Source: Octopus vulgaris
Lineage: Eukaryota
Direction of reading: 5' to 3'
Assembly (NCBI GenBank): GCA_951406725.2
Contig: OX597822.1
Coordinates: 68,324,001 to 68,388,000 of the forward strand
DNA: 64,000 bases
Below, piece after piece: positions 12,023 to 23,960 of this stretch. The position numbers were made by a program, and so were the translations under genes. Under the pieces are notes generated by a model, which saw nothing but the letters and a program-made list of their open reading frames with translations, made no database searches and was not told the origin of the DNA. How positions within the stretch are numbered: the stretch's first letter is position 1; every line of letters starts with the position of its first letter.

Positions 12023-12415
12023 GTAAGTAGCTTGCTAACCAACCACATGGTCCCTGGTTCAGTCCCACTGCATGGCATCTTGGGCAAGTGTCTTCTGCTA
12101 TAGCCCCGGGCCGACCAATGCCTTGTGAGTGGATTTGGTAGACGGAAACTGAAAGAAGCCCGTCGTATATATGTATATATATATATATATGTATGTGTGT
12201 GCTTGTGTGTCTGCTGTGATTGTCCCCCTAGCATTGCTTGACAACCGATGCTGGTGTGTTTACGTCCCCGTAACTTAGCGGTTCGGCAAAAAGAGACCGA
12301 TAGAATAAGTACTGGGCTTACAAAGAGTAAGTCCCGGTGTCGATTTGCTCGACTAAAGGCGGTGCTCCAGCATGGCCGCAGTCAAAATGACTGAAACAAG
12401 TAAAAGAGTAAAGAG

Positions 12416-12417
<2 letters not shown>
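12016..12417 (+). mobile_element. SINE family A, slightly 5' truncated
   Basis: Matches the family A copies. Confidence 0.9.
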
Positions 12418-12446
<29 letters not shown>

Positions 12447-13059
12447 AAAAAATGAAGTTCGAAAATGCTGCTGTATTATACAATTTTTAATTTTTATATA
12501 TACATTATAACATGTTTCAGTTCCTGAAATGAACCTTATCAAAAAAAAGTTATATATAAAAAGAGACAGCTCATGCCGTCAAACACAAGAAATTCATTTA
12601 TAATACACAACGGAGTCAGACATCTTAGAGTTCATGTATAGTTGATATATAGTTTGAAGTATATTTCAAAGTGTTCGATGCAGTGGCCCACGGTGGCGAT
12701 ACGTATTCAATACAAAAAACAGATCAAAGTGGTGGAAAGCGGTCAATACAGAAGATTGATGTTTCCGAAAGAGCGAGGAATTCATTTTTACCTTAAGCAA
12801 TTGTGATGACCCATGGTGGAAGTTCGCTGGGTGGTTCTAGTGATTTTTTGTGACATGCTTGGTTTTATAATGCCTGTTAGGTGGTCAATCTAGCGTAGCG
12901 TGACGTCATCAATGTTTTGACCAATCGTTTCGTTAGGTGGCTTTAATCAAGTGGAACGGGACGTCATCATTATTTTGACCAATCGCTGCATTATAACTCC
13001 CTCTTGTTTGTTTCCTGTCTTGACCAGTCGCTTCGTTAGTCAAGCATAGCGGGATGTCA

Positions 13060-13233
13060 TATATAATATTAATTAGAGACAAAACCACTATTTTGCAAAA
13101 CAAACAAGGAAAGACTTAATCAATACATAAAATTTTAATAAAAAGTCTTTTTTATAAAAATTTTATGTATTGATTAAGTCTTTCCTTGTTTGTTTTGCAA
13201 AATAGTGGTTTTGTCTCTAATTAATATTATATA
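13060..13233. repeat. Near-perfect 174-bp palindrome, probably a fold-back PLE terminus
   Basis: Arms 13060-13136 and 13157-13233 are exact reverse complements; the centre also largely pairs. Confidence 0.85.
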
Positions 13234-13306
13234 ATATTTTACTATAAAATTGGATTTAATCCTAAATCTGATTTTTCCCTGTAAATTTGGATTTATTCCC
13301 TAATAT

Positions 13307-13356
<50 letters not shown>

Positions 13357-13619
13357 GCACACACACATACACACACAACACAACGCATGATAAATTTCAC
13401 AGGATCAAAAGTAAAGAAAAAAACAATTAATAGCAAGTGAATAATTAATTAGGAAAAGGGAAATCTTTTATAATTATCTGTTTCGTTGGTCTGCTCTTTT
13501 TTCGACGTCCATTTTCTTCATTGGGTATTTCATATTTCTCAAACAGGTGCCGAAATCTCTCGTCCTGCATTATTTGTACCTGTTGGGAGCTGTAACATTA
13601 TTAGCAGACACGTGACTGG

Positions 13620-13819
13620 TTGTCACCACCACCACCACAACAACAACAACAACTATTACTACTAATGCCATCATCATCATCATCGCCGTCAGTATGGTCA
13701 GCAGCAGCAGCAGTAGTAGCAGTAGCAACCCCGTTATCATACTCAACTTCATCATCGCCATCATCATCATCATCGTCGTCGTCGTCGCCATCATCATCAT
13801 CCCCATTATCATAAGGAAC

Positions 13820-13858
<39 letters not shown>

Positions 13859-14155
13859 GTTATCGTCATCATCATCGTCATCATTATCATCATCATCATT
13901 GCCGTCAGCATTATCAGTAGCAGCAGTAGTAGCAGTAGCAACCCCGTTATCATACCCAACTTCATCATCGCCATCATAATCATCATCATCGTCATCATCA
14001 TCATCATTATAATCGTCACTATCATAATCATCACCATCACCATCATCATCATCATCATCATCACCGTTATTACCATCGTTGTCATCATCATCATGAACAT
14101 CGTCGTCATCATCATCACCATCACCATCATCATCATCAAACATCGCCATCATCAA
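13620..14155. repeat. (CAT)n-based low complexity with an internal duplication
   Basis: gccgtcag...agcaaccccgttatcata..caacttcatcatcgcc occurs near 13685 and 13901. Confidence 0.85.
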
Positions 14156-14373
14156 TGTCGCTCTTCCACATAAATGGGTGTAACCCTCCATTGAATTTCC
14201 TAACACTGATACAACATCCAATGTCGACACTTCTGTTCCACTCACCGTCAACTGCTACTACAACTGCAACCACAACCACTACGACAACCGCCCCTATTCT
14301 ATTATACTAACACCGCTACTGCCGCCTACCATCACAATACCTGTCATTACTACCACCATCATCGTCACCAATA

Positions 14374-14427
<54 letters not shown>

Positions 14428-14689
14428 TACTACTAACACCATCACAATAACTACATCTACCACAACCAGCACAATAACGACCGCTACCACCATCACTACT
14501 ATAACCACTACTACTGCCACCACCACAATAACGACCGCTACTACACCACCATAACCACTATCAATACCACCACCACGGTAACTACCACTATCACCACTGC
14601 AGTAACTACCACTGCCACTACTACCATAATAACTACTACTACAGCCACCACCACAATAACTACTACTACAACCACCGCCACAATAACAA

Positions 14690-15430
14690 CCACCCCACTA
14701 CCACCACCACAATAACTACCACCACCACTACCACAATAACTACCACCACTACCACAATAACTACAACCACGTCCACCACTACCACAATAACTACCGCCAC
14801 CACAATAAGTACTACTACCACCACCACTATCACAATAACTACCACCACCTCAATAAGTACTACTACCACCACCACTACTACAATAACTACCACCACGTCC
14901 ACCACTACCACAATAACTACCAGCACCACCACCACTACCACAATAACTACAACTACGTCCACCACTACCACAATAACTACCGCCACCACAATAAGTACTA
15001 CTACCACCACCACTACCACAATAACTACCACCACCTCAATAAGTACTACTACCACCACCACTACCACAATAACTACCACCACGTCCACCACTACCACAAT
15101 AACTACAACCACGTCCACCACTACCACAATAACTACCGCCACCACAATAAGTACTACTACCACCACCACTATCACAATAACTACCACCACCTCAATAAGT
15201 ACTACTACCACCACCACTACCACAATAACTACCACCACGTCTACCACTACCACAATAACTACAACTACGTCCACCACTACCACAATAACTACCGCCACCA
15301 CAATAAGTACTACTACCACCACCACTACCACAATAACTACCACCACCTCAATAAGTACTACTACCACCACCACCACCACAATAACTATCACCACGTCCAC
15401 CACTACCACAATAACTACCACCACCACCAC
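14690..15430. repeat. Higher-order minisatellite (about 156-bp unit) built from ACC/ACT triplets
   Basis: accgccaccacaataagtac at 14793, 14979, 15135 and 15291 (spacings 186, 156, 156). Confidence 0.9.
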
Positions 15431-15881
15431 AATAACTACTACTACAGAAACAACCACCACCACTACCACAATAACTACCATCACCACTACAATAACTACT
15501 GCTACCACCACCACCACTACCGCCACCACCACATCATTCTCTGCATCAAGCTTATCTGGCATCTTTGTTTATTTTTCTAATATTTGGATGAAAGAGTGAC
15601 CGAGGTGGAAAGAGAGGAGAGACATTTGGCGAACTTCTATCATTTACTTTACCAATTTCTATTCAAAAGTCTCCCTTCGCCCCCGTTCCCACCCGTTTCA
15701 CTGCTCCTTCACTCCTCCGCTCCTAGGATCCCCTCGCCTTCATCGTCTCACATAGGTTTGATCCACTTCGTCGCTTCTATCCACCCGTTCAGCGGTTCTT
15801 AAACTGACAAATAACAGGAGTCCCCACCCACCCATCCCTGCCCGCGAAAAAAGAAACAAATGAAAAAAAATTAACGAAATA

Positions 15882-16058
15882 GGCGCAGTCATGGTTATGT
15901 GGTAAAGAAGATCGCTTTTGAACCATGTGGTTTCAGGTTCGGTCCTACTGCTCAGTATCTTTGGCGAGTGTCTCCTACTACAGCCTCAGGCCGATCAAAA
16001 CCTTGAAAGCTAATTTGATAAACGGAAACTGCGTGGAAGCCCGCCGTTTGTATGTGTA

Positions 16059-16099
<41 letters not shown>

Positions 16100-16283
16100 T
16101 CCACGACCGCTGCTTGATAACCGGTGTTATTTTGTTTATATTCTCATAAATTAACTGCTCGGCAAAATTGGCCGATCGAATAAAGTACTCAATTAAGTGC
16201 TGGGTTGATGTTCTTTTCGACTAAAACCCTTCGAGTGTGAGCTCAAGCATAGCCGCAGTCCAATTACTGAAAATTGTAAAAGA
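15882..16283 (+). mobile_element. Diverged SINE family A
   Basis: Head ggcgcagtcatggttatgtggtaa, internal (GT)n, tail gccgcagtccaattactgaaa. Confidence 0.8.
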
Positions 16284-16707
16284 TAACAGATTAAGATAAA
16301 TATTTTAGCCCGCCTTTCGTCCTTTTTTATTAATGAAAAAAACAAAATAGATACCAGAGACTTTTAAAAAATTTATCTCAGGAGAAAATAAGAGTTATAT
16401 ATTTATAAGAGTTATATAGAGTTATATAAGAGTTATATAGTTATATATAAGAGTTATATATTTATCGGTCTTCTTTTTTTCACCCTCCTCACGACCGAGG
16501 GTTCGTGAGGTGGTTGTGATCTGTCAACAGTTTTGGGTAGGAATCGGAAAGAGAAGTATGAACACGAAATGCGCATGTGCACACTGGATTCGTAAAACGG
16601 AAGATAAAAATGAAAAGGCAATGCGTATGTCAAACAAGTTATATGGATGTCTGCATGCCACGTCTGAGACCACTATGACACAGCTTTGCTGCAGTTTTCT
16701 TGTTGAT

Positions 16708-16866
16708 GAGTGGTTGTGTAGTAAGTAGCCTGCTTACGAACCACATGGTTCCGGGTTCTATCCCACTGCGTGGCACCTTGGGCAAGTGTCTTCTACTATA
16801 GCCACGGGCCGACCAAAGCTTTGTGAGTGGATTTGTCAGACAGAAACTAAAAGAAGCCCGTCGCAG

Positions 16867-16932
<66 letters not shown>

Positions 16933-17160
16933 GTGTTCGCGTGTGTATGTTTGTGTGTCTATGTTTGTCCCCCCAACATCGATTGACAACCGACGCTGGT
17001 GTGTCTACGTTCCCGTAACTTAGCGGTTCGACAAAAGAGACCGATGGAATAAGTACTAGGCTTACAAAGAATAAGTCCTCGAGTCGATTTGCTCGACTAA
17101 AGGTGGTGCTCCAGCATGGCCACAGTCAAATGACTGAAACAAGTAGAAGAGTAAAAGAGT
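16708..17160 (+). mobile_element. SINE family A with internal (GT)n
   Basis: Matches the family A copies. Confidence 0.9.
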
Positions 17161-17419
17161 ATAAGAAAGATAAACTTACAAGTGATTCTCTCCCGTTAAA
17201 TAGCAGTTCTCAGTAATTCCACCACACGAAAACAGAAATTGCTTCCAGGCAATTCTTTTGTTTCTCCATGGTGTTGGACGAGTTTACAAAGTTTAAAACC
17301 TTCTCAAATTTTAATATGGCAGTTCATCTACCTTCTTAGCAACCCTGACTGGCTCCACCTGGATGGAGGTCCTCCACTGTGTGACTCACTGCTCCAGTTC
17401 ACATACGAGCCAACATAGA

Positions 17420-17632
17420 GATCCACTCTGTGGTCACTCGATATGCTAGAAATCGCAGTTGAATTTTCCTTAAATCACGCCCCCGTCTTATTGCCTTAGA
17501 AAAGGACAAGTTAAATATTGTAGTTCTGGATTCCTTGTATATAGGAGGGTGAGAGAAGCTGGTTGGTCACGAATGGAATGCCTTTGATCATAGGTCTGCT
17601 CGATCAGGGTTGACCTGGGACTAAACAACAAA
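17420..17632 (+). mobile_element. Interspersed repeat family D (retroposon-like 3' end with stem-loop and CAA-rich tail)
   Basis: ggaatgcctttgatcataggtctgctcgatcagggttgacctgggactaaacaac; diverged copy at about 34185-34250; upstream motif tgctagaaat.gcag recurs near 4275 and 30976. Confidence 0.55.
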
Positions 17633-18173
17633 AACTGCGACTATAACAATAACAACCAGCACACAGCCTTATCCGACTCCGAGAATTCAACCGCATTCTG
17701 CAACCAGCATCACCACCACCACCACCACCACCAGTACTACTACAACCTCTACTATTATTACTACTTCTGTCATCATCATCGTCGTTGTCATTATCAACAT
17801 CATTATCATAATCGCCGTCATCGTCATCATCATCATCATCGTCGTCGTCGTCGCCGTCGTCATCATCTTCACTAAGAATTCGACCAACACCACTATCATC
17901 ATCATCATCATCACACTACAACCAATAAACAAACACCACCGACGCCACCACCACCATCAACACTAACGTCATCGCCACCAGCGACATCACCACTAACACT
18001 GTTACCATCCTCACCGTCACATTTATCCCCACCATCATCACCACTGCCACCACATCACCCGCACCACCACCACCATCACCACCAATACCATCACTACAAC
18101 CACCAACATTATCACCACCACCATTAACACTACTATCACTTCCTTCACCACCTCCAACAGCGCCGACATGATA

Positions 18174-18205
<32 letters not shown>

Positions 18206-18368
18206 CATCATCATCATCATCATCATCATCATCGTCATCATCATCATCATCGTCATCGTCATCATCATCATCATTATCACAGTCTTTCTCAGACAAAGGC
18301 CAATACTTTCCAATTCGTCACGTATTTATTTGTCAATGGACGACCAAAGTTAGTTTATGAAATTAACG

Positions 18369-18440
<72 letters not shown>

Positions 18441-18747
18441 TCTATCTATCTATCTATCTGTCTATCTATCTCACTCTTTCTTTCTCTCTCTTTCACTCTC
18501 TCTCTCTTTCTCTATCTTCCTCTCTCACCCTCATTCTCTCATCCTCTCTATCTCACTTCTCTTTCGTCCATTTTCTCCCTCTCTCTGTTTTATGTATATG
18601 TCTCAATCTACGTCTCTCTCTCTCTCTTTCTCTCTCTATCTCTCTCTCTATCAATCTATCTATTTATCTATCTATGTGTATGCGTTTGTAATGTATATAA
18701 ACTTATATATCTATAATCGCTTACGTTTATATATATATATATATATA

Positions 18748-19033
18748 TGCGCAGGCGCGGCTGTGTGGTGAGAAGCTTGCTTCCCAGCTGCATGGTTCTG
18801 AGTTCAGTCCCACTGCGTGACACCTTGTGTGTATATATATATATATATATATACCACCGATGTTGGTATGTTTACATCCCCGTAACTTAGCAGTTCGGGA
18901 CAATAGACCGACAGAATAAGTACTAGGCTTACAAAGAATAAGTCCTTGGGGCGATTTCTTCGACTAAAGAAAAATCCTTTAATGAGATGCTCCAGCATGA
19001 CCGCTGTCAAATGACTGAAACAAGTATAAGAAT
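18748..19033 (+). mobile_element. SINE family A, internally deleted
   Basis: Head 18748-18826, tail 18856-19033. Confidence 0.8.
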
Positions 19034-19087
19034 AAATGCACACATATACAAACATAAATATAAATTTTATTTCGCTTTTAGTTTCTT

Positions 19088-19454
19088 TTATTACCTCCGC
19101 CCTCGCTAGGGCGGGGGTATTGTTTCAGTCGTGTTTGTTTGTTTGACTGTAGACAAGATATCTCAAGACATGCTGGATGGATTCGGATGAAACTTTCGGG
19201 GATGTTTGGCCTCGTGACTGACACAAACTGATTAGATTTGGGGATCGATCCGGTACCGGAAAAGGATTCTGGATTATTTTTCCTGTTATTTTACTTAATT
19301 TTTGAGAGCGGTGGGGTTCATATTTAGTATTCTCGTTTATAAGAGCAGTCGAGTTTATTTCAGATATTCTCATTTTAGAATCATCTCTGGCTATTCGTTG
19401 AGAGTAGGTTGGTGATGCCTTGGCGGAGGTTTGCGCTCTCTGAGTGCTCTTGTT
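19088..19454 (+). mobile_element. Non-autonomous Helentron-type (HINE/DINE-like) element
   Basis: Subterminal inverted repeats acctccgcc (19093-19101) and ggcggaggt (19422-19430), 5' hairpin, (GTTT)n near the 5' end, 3' hairpin gcgctc tct gagtgc, T-rich ends. Confidence 0.75.
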
Positions 19455-19762
19455 GTTATTATTATTATTATTGAATTAAAGATAAAAAATAATAATCTTA
19501 ATGCATACGCGCGCATACACATATACATACACACATAATAAACATGACTATATATTCTTAGTATTCCAGACGGATCATAATGTAATCCCTGTATTGTCCT
19601 TTGTACAAACTGATGATTTTCCATCCTAGGTTAATTATATATCTATATATGTTTTGTAATTTTCATTTTGTCTGTGAAATGAAACAATTGTAGATGAATA
19701 TGTTAATTAATTAATTAATTGATTGATTAATTAATTTGTATCCATTCTAACTTAATATATAA

Positions 19763-19870
<108 letters not shown>

Positions 19871-20052
19871 ACTTACTTGGAAATGGATGCGTGGTGTTCA
19901 ATCAAATAATAAGATAAATAATATATATATGTATATATATATATATAATTATTTATGTATATATATATACATACAATATATATATATATATAAATAATGT
20001 ATATATATATATATACATACATATATACACACACACACACACACAAACACAA

Positions 20053-20121
<69 letters not shown>

Positions 20122-20124
<3 letters not shown>

Positions 20125-20260
20125 GACGGGCTTCTTTCAATTTCCGTCTACCAAATCCACTCACAAGGCTTTGGTCGCCCCGAGGCTATAGTAACACACA
20201 GTGGGACTGAACCCAGAACCATGTGGTTGGTAAGCAAGCTACTTAACACACAGCCACTCC
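20122..20260 (-). mobile_element. SINE family A, 5' half
   Basis: Reverse complement of the family A head and body. Confidence 0.85.
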
Positions 20261-20703
20261 TATATAAATGAAACATGTATGGTAAATGAACAAACGACAT
20301 AGCGTATACTGAATGTACATCCGGACGGGAGACAAACACAGAAGTTCCCTAACTATCAATCAATTTAGTAATATTCAGTTTCGCGCCGTAAATGATAAGG
20401 CTGAGAACTTCCTATACTGGCTGTGCCCGAAACAATTTTTTCTGGAGAATTTAGGGCCGAATGTAAACAAAACAAAGCAAAGCAGTACAAAATGGACAGG
20501 CGAAAGTGAATAAGTGTGATTTAGAAGGGTAGACAAAGACGAAATATATATATATAATTAATAATAAAAGGGTAAAATTAATTGATTCAATTAATTAATT
20601 AATCAATCAATGAATTAATTAATAATTTTACGAAGTAGATCGGTACGTTAAAATAACCTTTATAGTTAAAATTATACAAATATTCTATAATTATAAACAT
20701 ATA

Positions 20704-21068
20704 GGCGCAGGAGTGGCTGTGTGGTAAGTAGCTTGCTAACCAACCACACGGTTGCGGGTTCAGTCCCACTGCGTGGCATTTTGGGCAAGTGTCTTCTGCT
20801 ATAGCCCCGGGCCGACCAATGCCTTGTGAGTGGATTTGGTAGACGGAAACTGAAAGAAGCCTGTCGTATATATGTATATATATATGTATGCGTGTGTTTG
20901 TGTGTCTGTGTTTGTCCCCCTAGCATTGTTTGACAACCGATGCTGGTGTGTTTAGGTCCCCGTCAATTAGCGGTTCGGCAAAAAGAGACCGATAGAATAA
21001 GTACTAAAAGGTGGTGCTCCAGCATGGCCGCAGTCAAATGACTGAAACAAGTAAAAGAGTAAAAGAGT
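20704..21068 (+). mobile_element. SINE family A nested in the left arm of the fold-back
   Basis: Matches family A; absent from the right arm. Confidence 0.9.
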
Positions 21069-21227
21069 ATAATTATAATTAGCGGTCAGCTATTTGCTTC
21101 ATCACATACCGAATTTAGAAATAGGAGTTAAGATTTCCTTTTCTACTTCTGTAAGAATCTCCACGACAGTAACACACTTTTTTACGTAGGCAAAGAGAAA
21201 AGCAATGAATCAACACGACTCCGATTA

Positions 21228-21288
21228 GCCACAGACGCGTTTCGAGATTAAAGTGTTTTTAATTACTTACTTCTCTCTTCAGTGTAGC
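21228..21288 (-). ncRNA. Minimal type I hammerhead ribozyme (PLE type), intact core
   Basis: Minus strand reads gctaca-CTGAAGA-gaga(loop)tctc-GAAA-cgcg-TC-tgtggc: 6-bp stem I, 4-bp stem II, palindromic stem III acgcgt. Confidence 0.8.
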
Positions 21289-21739
21289 ATTTCCAATTAT
21301 AAAATTTGAAAGTGCTAGGGTTAAATATGCACACGATCTCGAAACGCGTCTGTGGCTAATCGAAGTCGTGTTGATTCAATGGTTTTTCTCTTTGCCTACC
21401 TAAGAAGTGTTACTGACGTGGAGATTCTTACAGTAGTAGAAAAGGAATTTTTAACTCCTATTTCTAAATTCGATATGTGGTGAAGCAATTAGCTGGCCCC
21501 TAATAATTATGTTTATAATTATAGAATATTTATATATATATATATATATATATATTTGAGGGCCTTCTACATAGTTCGCATTTATCAGATCCACTCACTA
21601 AGCATTGGTTAGCCCCGAGCTATAGTCACTATAGTATAGAAGAAGGAATTTCTCAAGGCACTGTGTCGTAGGTTTGAACTTGAAAGCACGTGATTGCAAA
21701 GCAAGCTTCTTTACCACACAGTCATGCTTATGCTTGATA

Positions 21740-22465
21740 AATTGTAAAACTAAGCGAAACACTTGGACATCGTATTTGATTAGAAATATGGCTACGGAAG
21801 GTTTAAAGGGTTCTCTTCAAATAAATATGAAATTATTGACATTAATATGGATTATGTGTGTAGAGTTCCGTCACTTAAGGAAACGCTGTCTGTTCTTTTC
21901 CTTCCCAAGATGTGCTCAACCGTATCGAAAATGCAGCAGATATTGATCAAGTTACAGTTTCTGATGATGCTTCTGGATGTATACCCGATTCTGAATACAA
22001 GCCAAAAGAGAGTATAGCTCATATTCTTATCGCACGGGAAAGTTTGAGCGATCGTGTGAAGGATTTAAAACATCTGAAAGATAAGGCAGAGCTTCTCACT
22101 ACTGGTTTGAATGAAACACATTTGTTCGAAGAAAACGCAGTAGAAAGGTACAATAATACGCGAAATTTTGATTTAGCGGTTTATTTTAAAGTGGATAAAC
22201 CTTTCTGTTGTTGTTGTTGTTGTTGTGACATAAATGGAGACTTTGTAAGTTCATCTGAAAGGCATGTTACAAATGAATGGTTATGTTTTAAAGATTCATT
22301 ACTAAGAAGATTACAAAATGTTTTATTGCGTAGTGGAAACTTAAAGTCATCTATTCTCGTCGTTCATTCAGCGCATTGAAAAGAATCTTGTGTTAAAATG
22401 GAAATTTCTTTAAATGAAATTCTATACAGTGAGTCTTCGTGGAGATCTTAAAGTAATCGCTATCA
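21740..22465 (+). pseudogene. Decayed DNA transposase, CMC/Chapaev3-like
   Basis: SLSDRVKDLKHLKDKAELL, CDING, EWLCFKDSLLRRLQNVLLRSGN..SILVVHSAH and (next frame) RGDLKVIA parallel recalled motifs ELNDLVRDL.LSK.KAELL, WRLFIDSS..SLKAVLLHNGN and CGDLKV; superfamily name is from memory. Confidence 0.7.
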
Positions 22466-22516
22466 AGAATTCTAGAATGATGACAAGCTACTACTATATA
22501 CATAATAAATTTATAA

Positions 22517-22579
<63 letters not shown>

Positions 22580-22644
22580 CATATATACATGTGCCAGTAC
22601 GTACACAGGCACTCATAGATATTTTCATACATATTTTATTATCT

Positions 22645-22955
22645 GAGGGTGTGACCATGTTGGTAGAACCGTAGTTTAAAAGTGTTCGCTGTCGATCGTT
22701 GTTGCTTGCATTAAAGTCGCAGTATTTGTATTTTTCCACAAATACAGTCACAGTGTTGATGTTGTTTCCTAGATATTAGTTTGTTGATTTTTCGACCCTT
22801 GAGGTTATTTTATCTGGGATTATCTTCTTTAATCTACGGATTCCTCTTCGTGAATTGAATAGTCTACACTTAAATTTGTGGTGAAAGTTTACTTAACTGT
22901 TCCTTGAATTTTGCGATCAATTAGCAGGTTATTGATATCATTCAGCTTCTTGGAT
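22645..22955 (-). mobile_element. Possible highly decayed PLE C-terminal / GIY-YIG region
   Basis: Minus-strand peptides FHHKFKCRLFNSR and YKYC...NYGST weakly recall PLE FP..HK...IFN and Y.GST motifs. Confidence 0.3.
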
Positions 22956-23103
22956 CATGGACATCAAGGAGCTACACTAGCAGGTCTTGTATGTATTTTT
23001 TATATGTGTTTGTTACGTACCATGAGTTTGTTTCATAGAAAGGTACAACTATATTTCGTATTTTTAGTATATATGCGTGTGTGCGTGTGTATGTGCATCC
23101 ACA

Positions 23104-23368
23104 TATCACCTGTGTCATCTCTTGTGAAAGGTAGGAGAGTCCAATTTGCTGGACATTGTTGTAGAGCTGAAAAAGAGGTAATTTCTACTCTCCTCCTCTG
23201 GAAGCCATCTACTCGCAATGCCAGAGGGCGCACACTCTCCTACCCCGATGTAATCTCCAGGGATACAGGCATCCAGCAACAGGACCTCCGTAATGCTATG
23301 ATGGACCGTGAAGTCTGGCGTAAATTCCATTGTCTCGACCACGGTCGAACAATGATGATGATGATGAT
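23104..23368 (+). mobile_element. 3' end of an RTE-clade LINE with (ATG)n tail
   Basis: RRVQFAGHCCRAEKE...LLLWKP...RGRT..YPDVISRDTG...LRNAMMDREVWR, the RTE ORF2 C-terminus, then an ATG-repeat tail. Confidence 0.8.
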
Positions 23369-23770
23369 GCATCCATATATGCAAATATGTGAATGTGAAT
23401 CTATATGTATATATATGTATGTATATATATAGTTATGTCTGTAGGTGTGTAGGTGTGTCTTTGAAAATATGTATATATGTATTATAGTTTAACAATAAAT
23501 TTGACTAACTTAGTGTTGTACTCGGATACACACACACATGTATGTTTGTGTGCATGTATGCGTAAACTCAGTCTACTGGTTTACTCACACCGTATCACAG
23601 TTATTTTGTGTCTTTTCACAGTACACACACACGCACACACAAACACACATACAAATATGTCACATACGCATACATATATATATATATGTACGTAGATATA
23701 GCTGTTATATATACACAACATAAATATTCATTCATTCATATGCCTATATATGTTAGCGTATATATATATG

Positions 23771-23802
<32 letters not shown>

Positions 23803-23903
23803 CGTGTGTGTGTATACAAAATATATATATGCGTGTGTATATATATATAATATTATATTTATATATACATGCAGCCATCTATATATACGTGTATATGTAT
23901 GTA

Positions 23904-23960
<57 letters not shown>

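Larger units (their letters stand above)
20545..21535. mobile_element. Fold-back PLE pseudo-LTR interrupted by a SINE A
   Basis: Left arm (about 20673-20700 plus 21070-21248) and right arm (about 21336-21535) are inverted copies; (AT)n flanks; contains a hammerhead. Confidence 0.8.
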
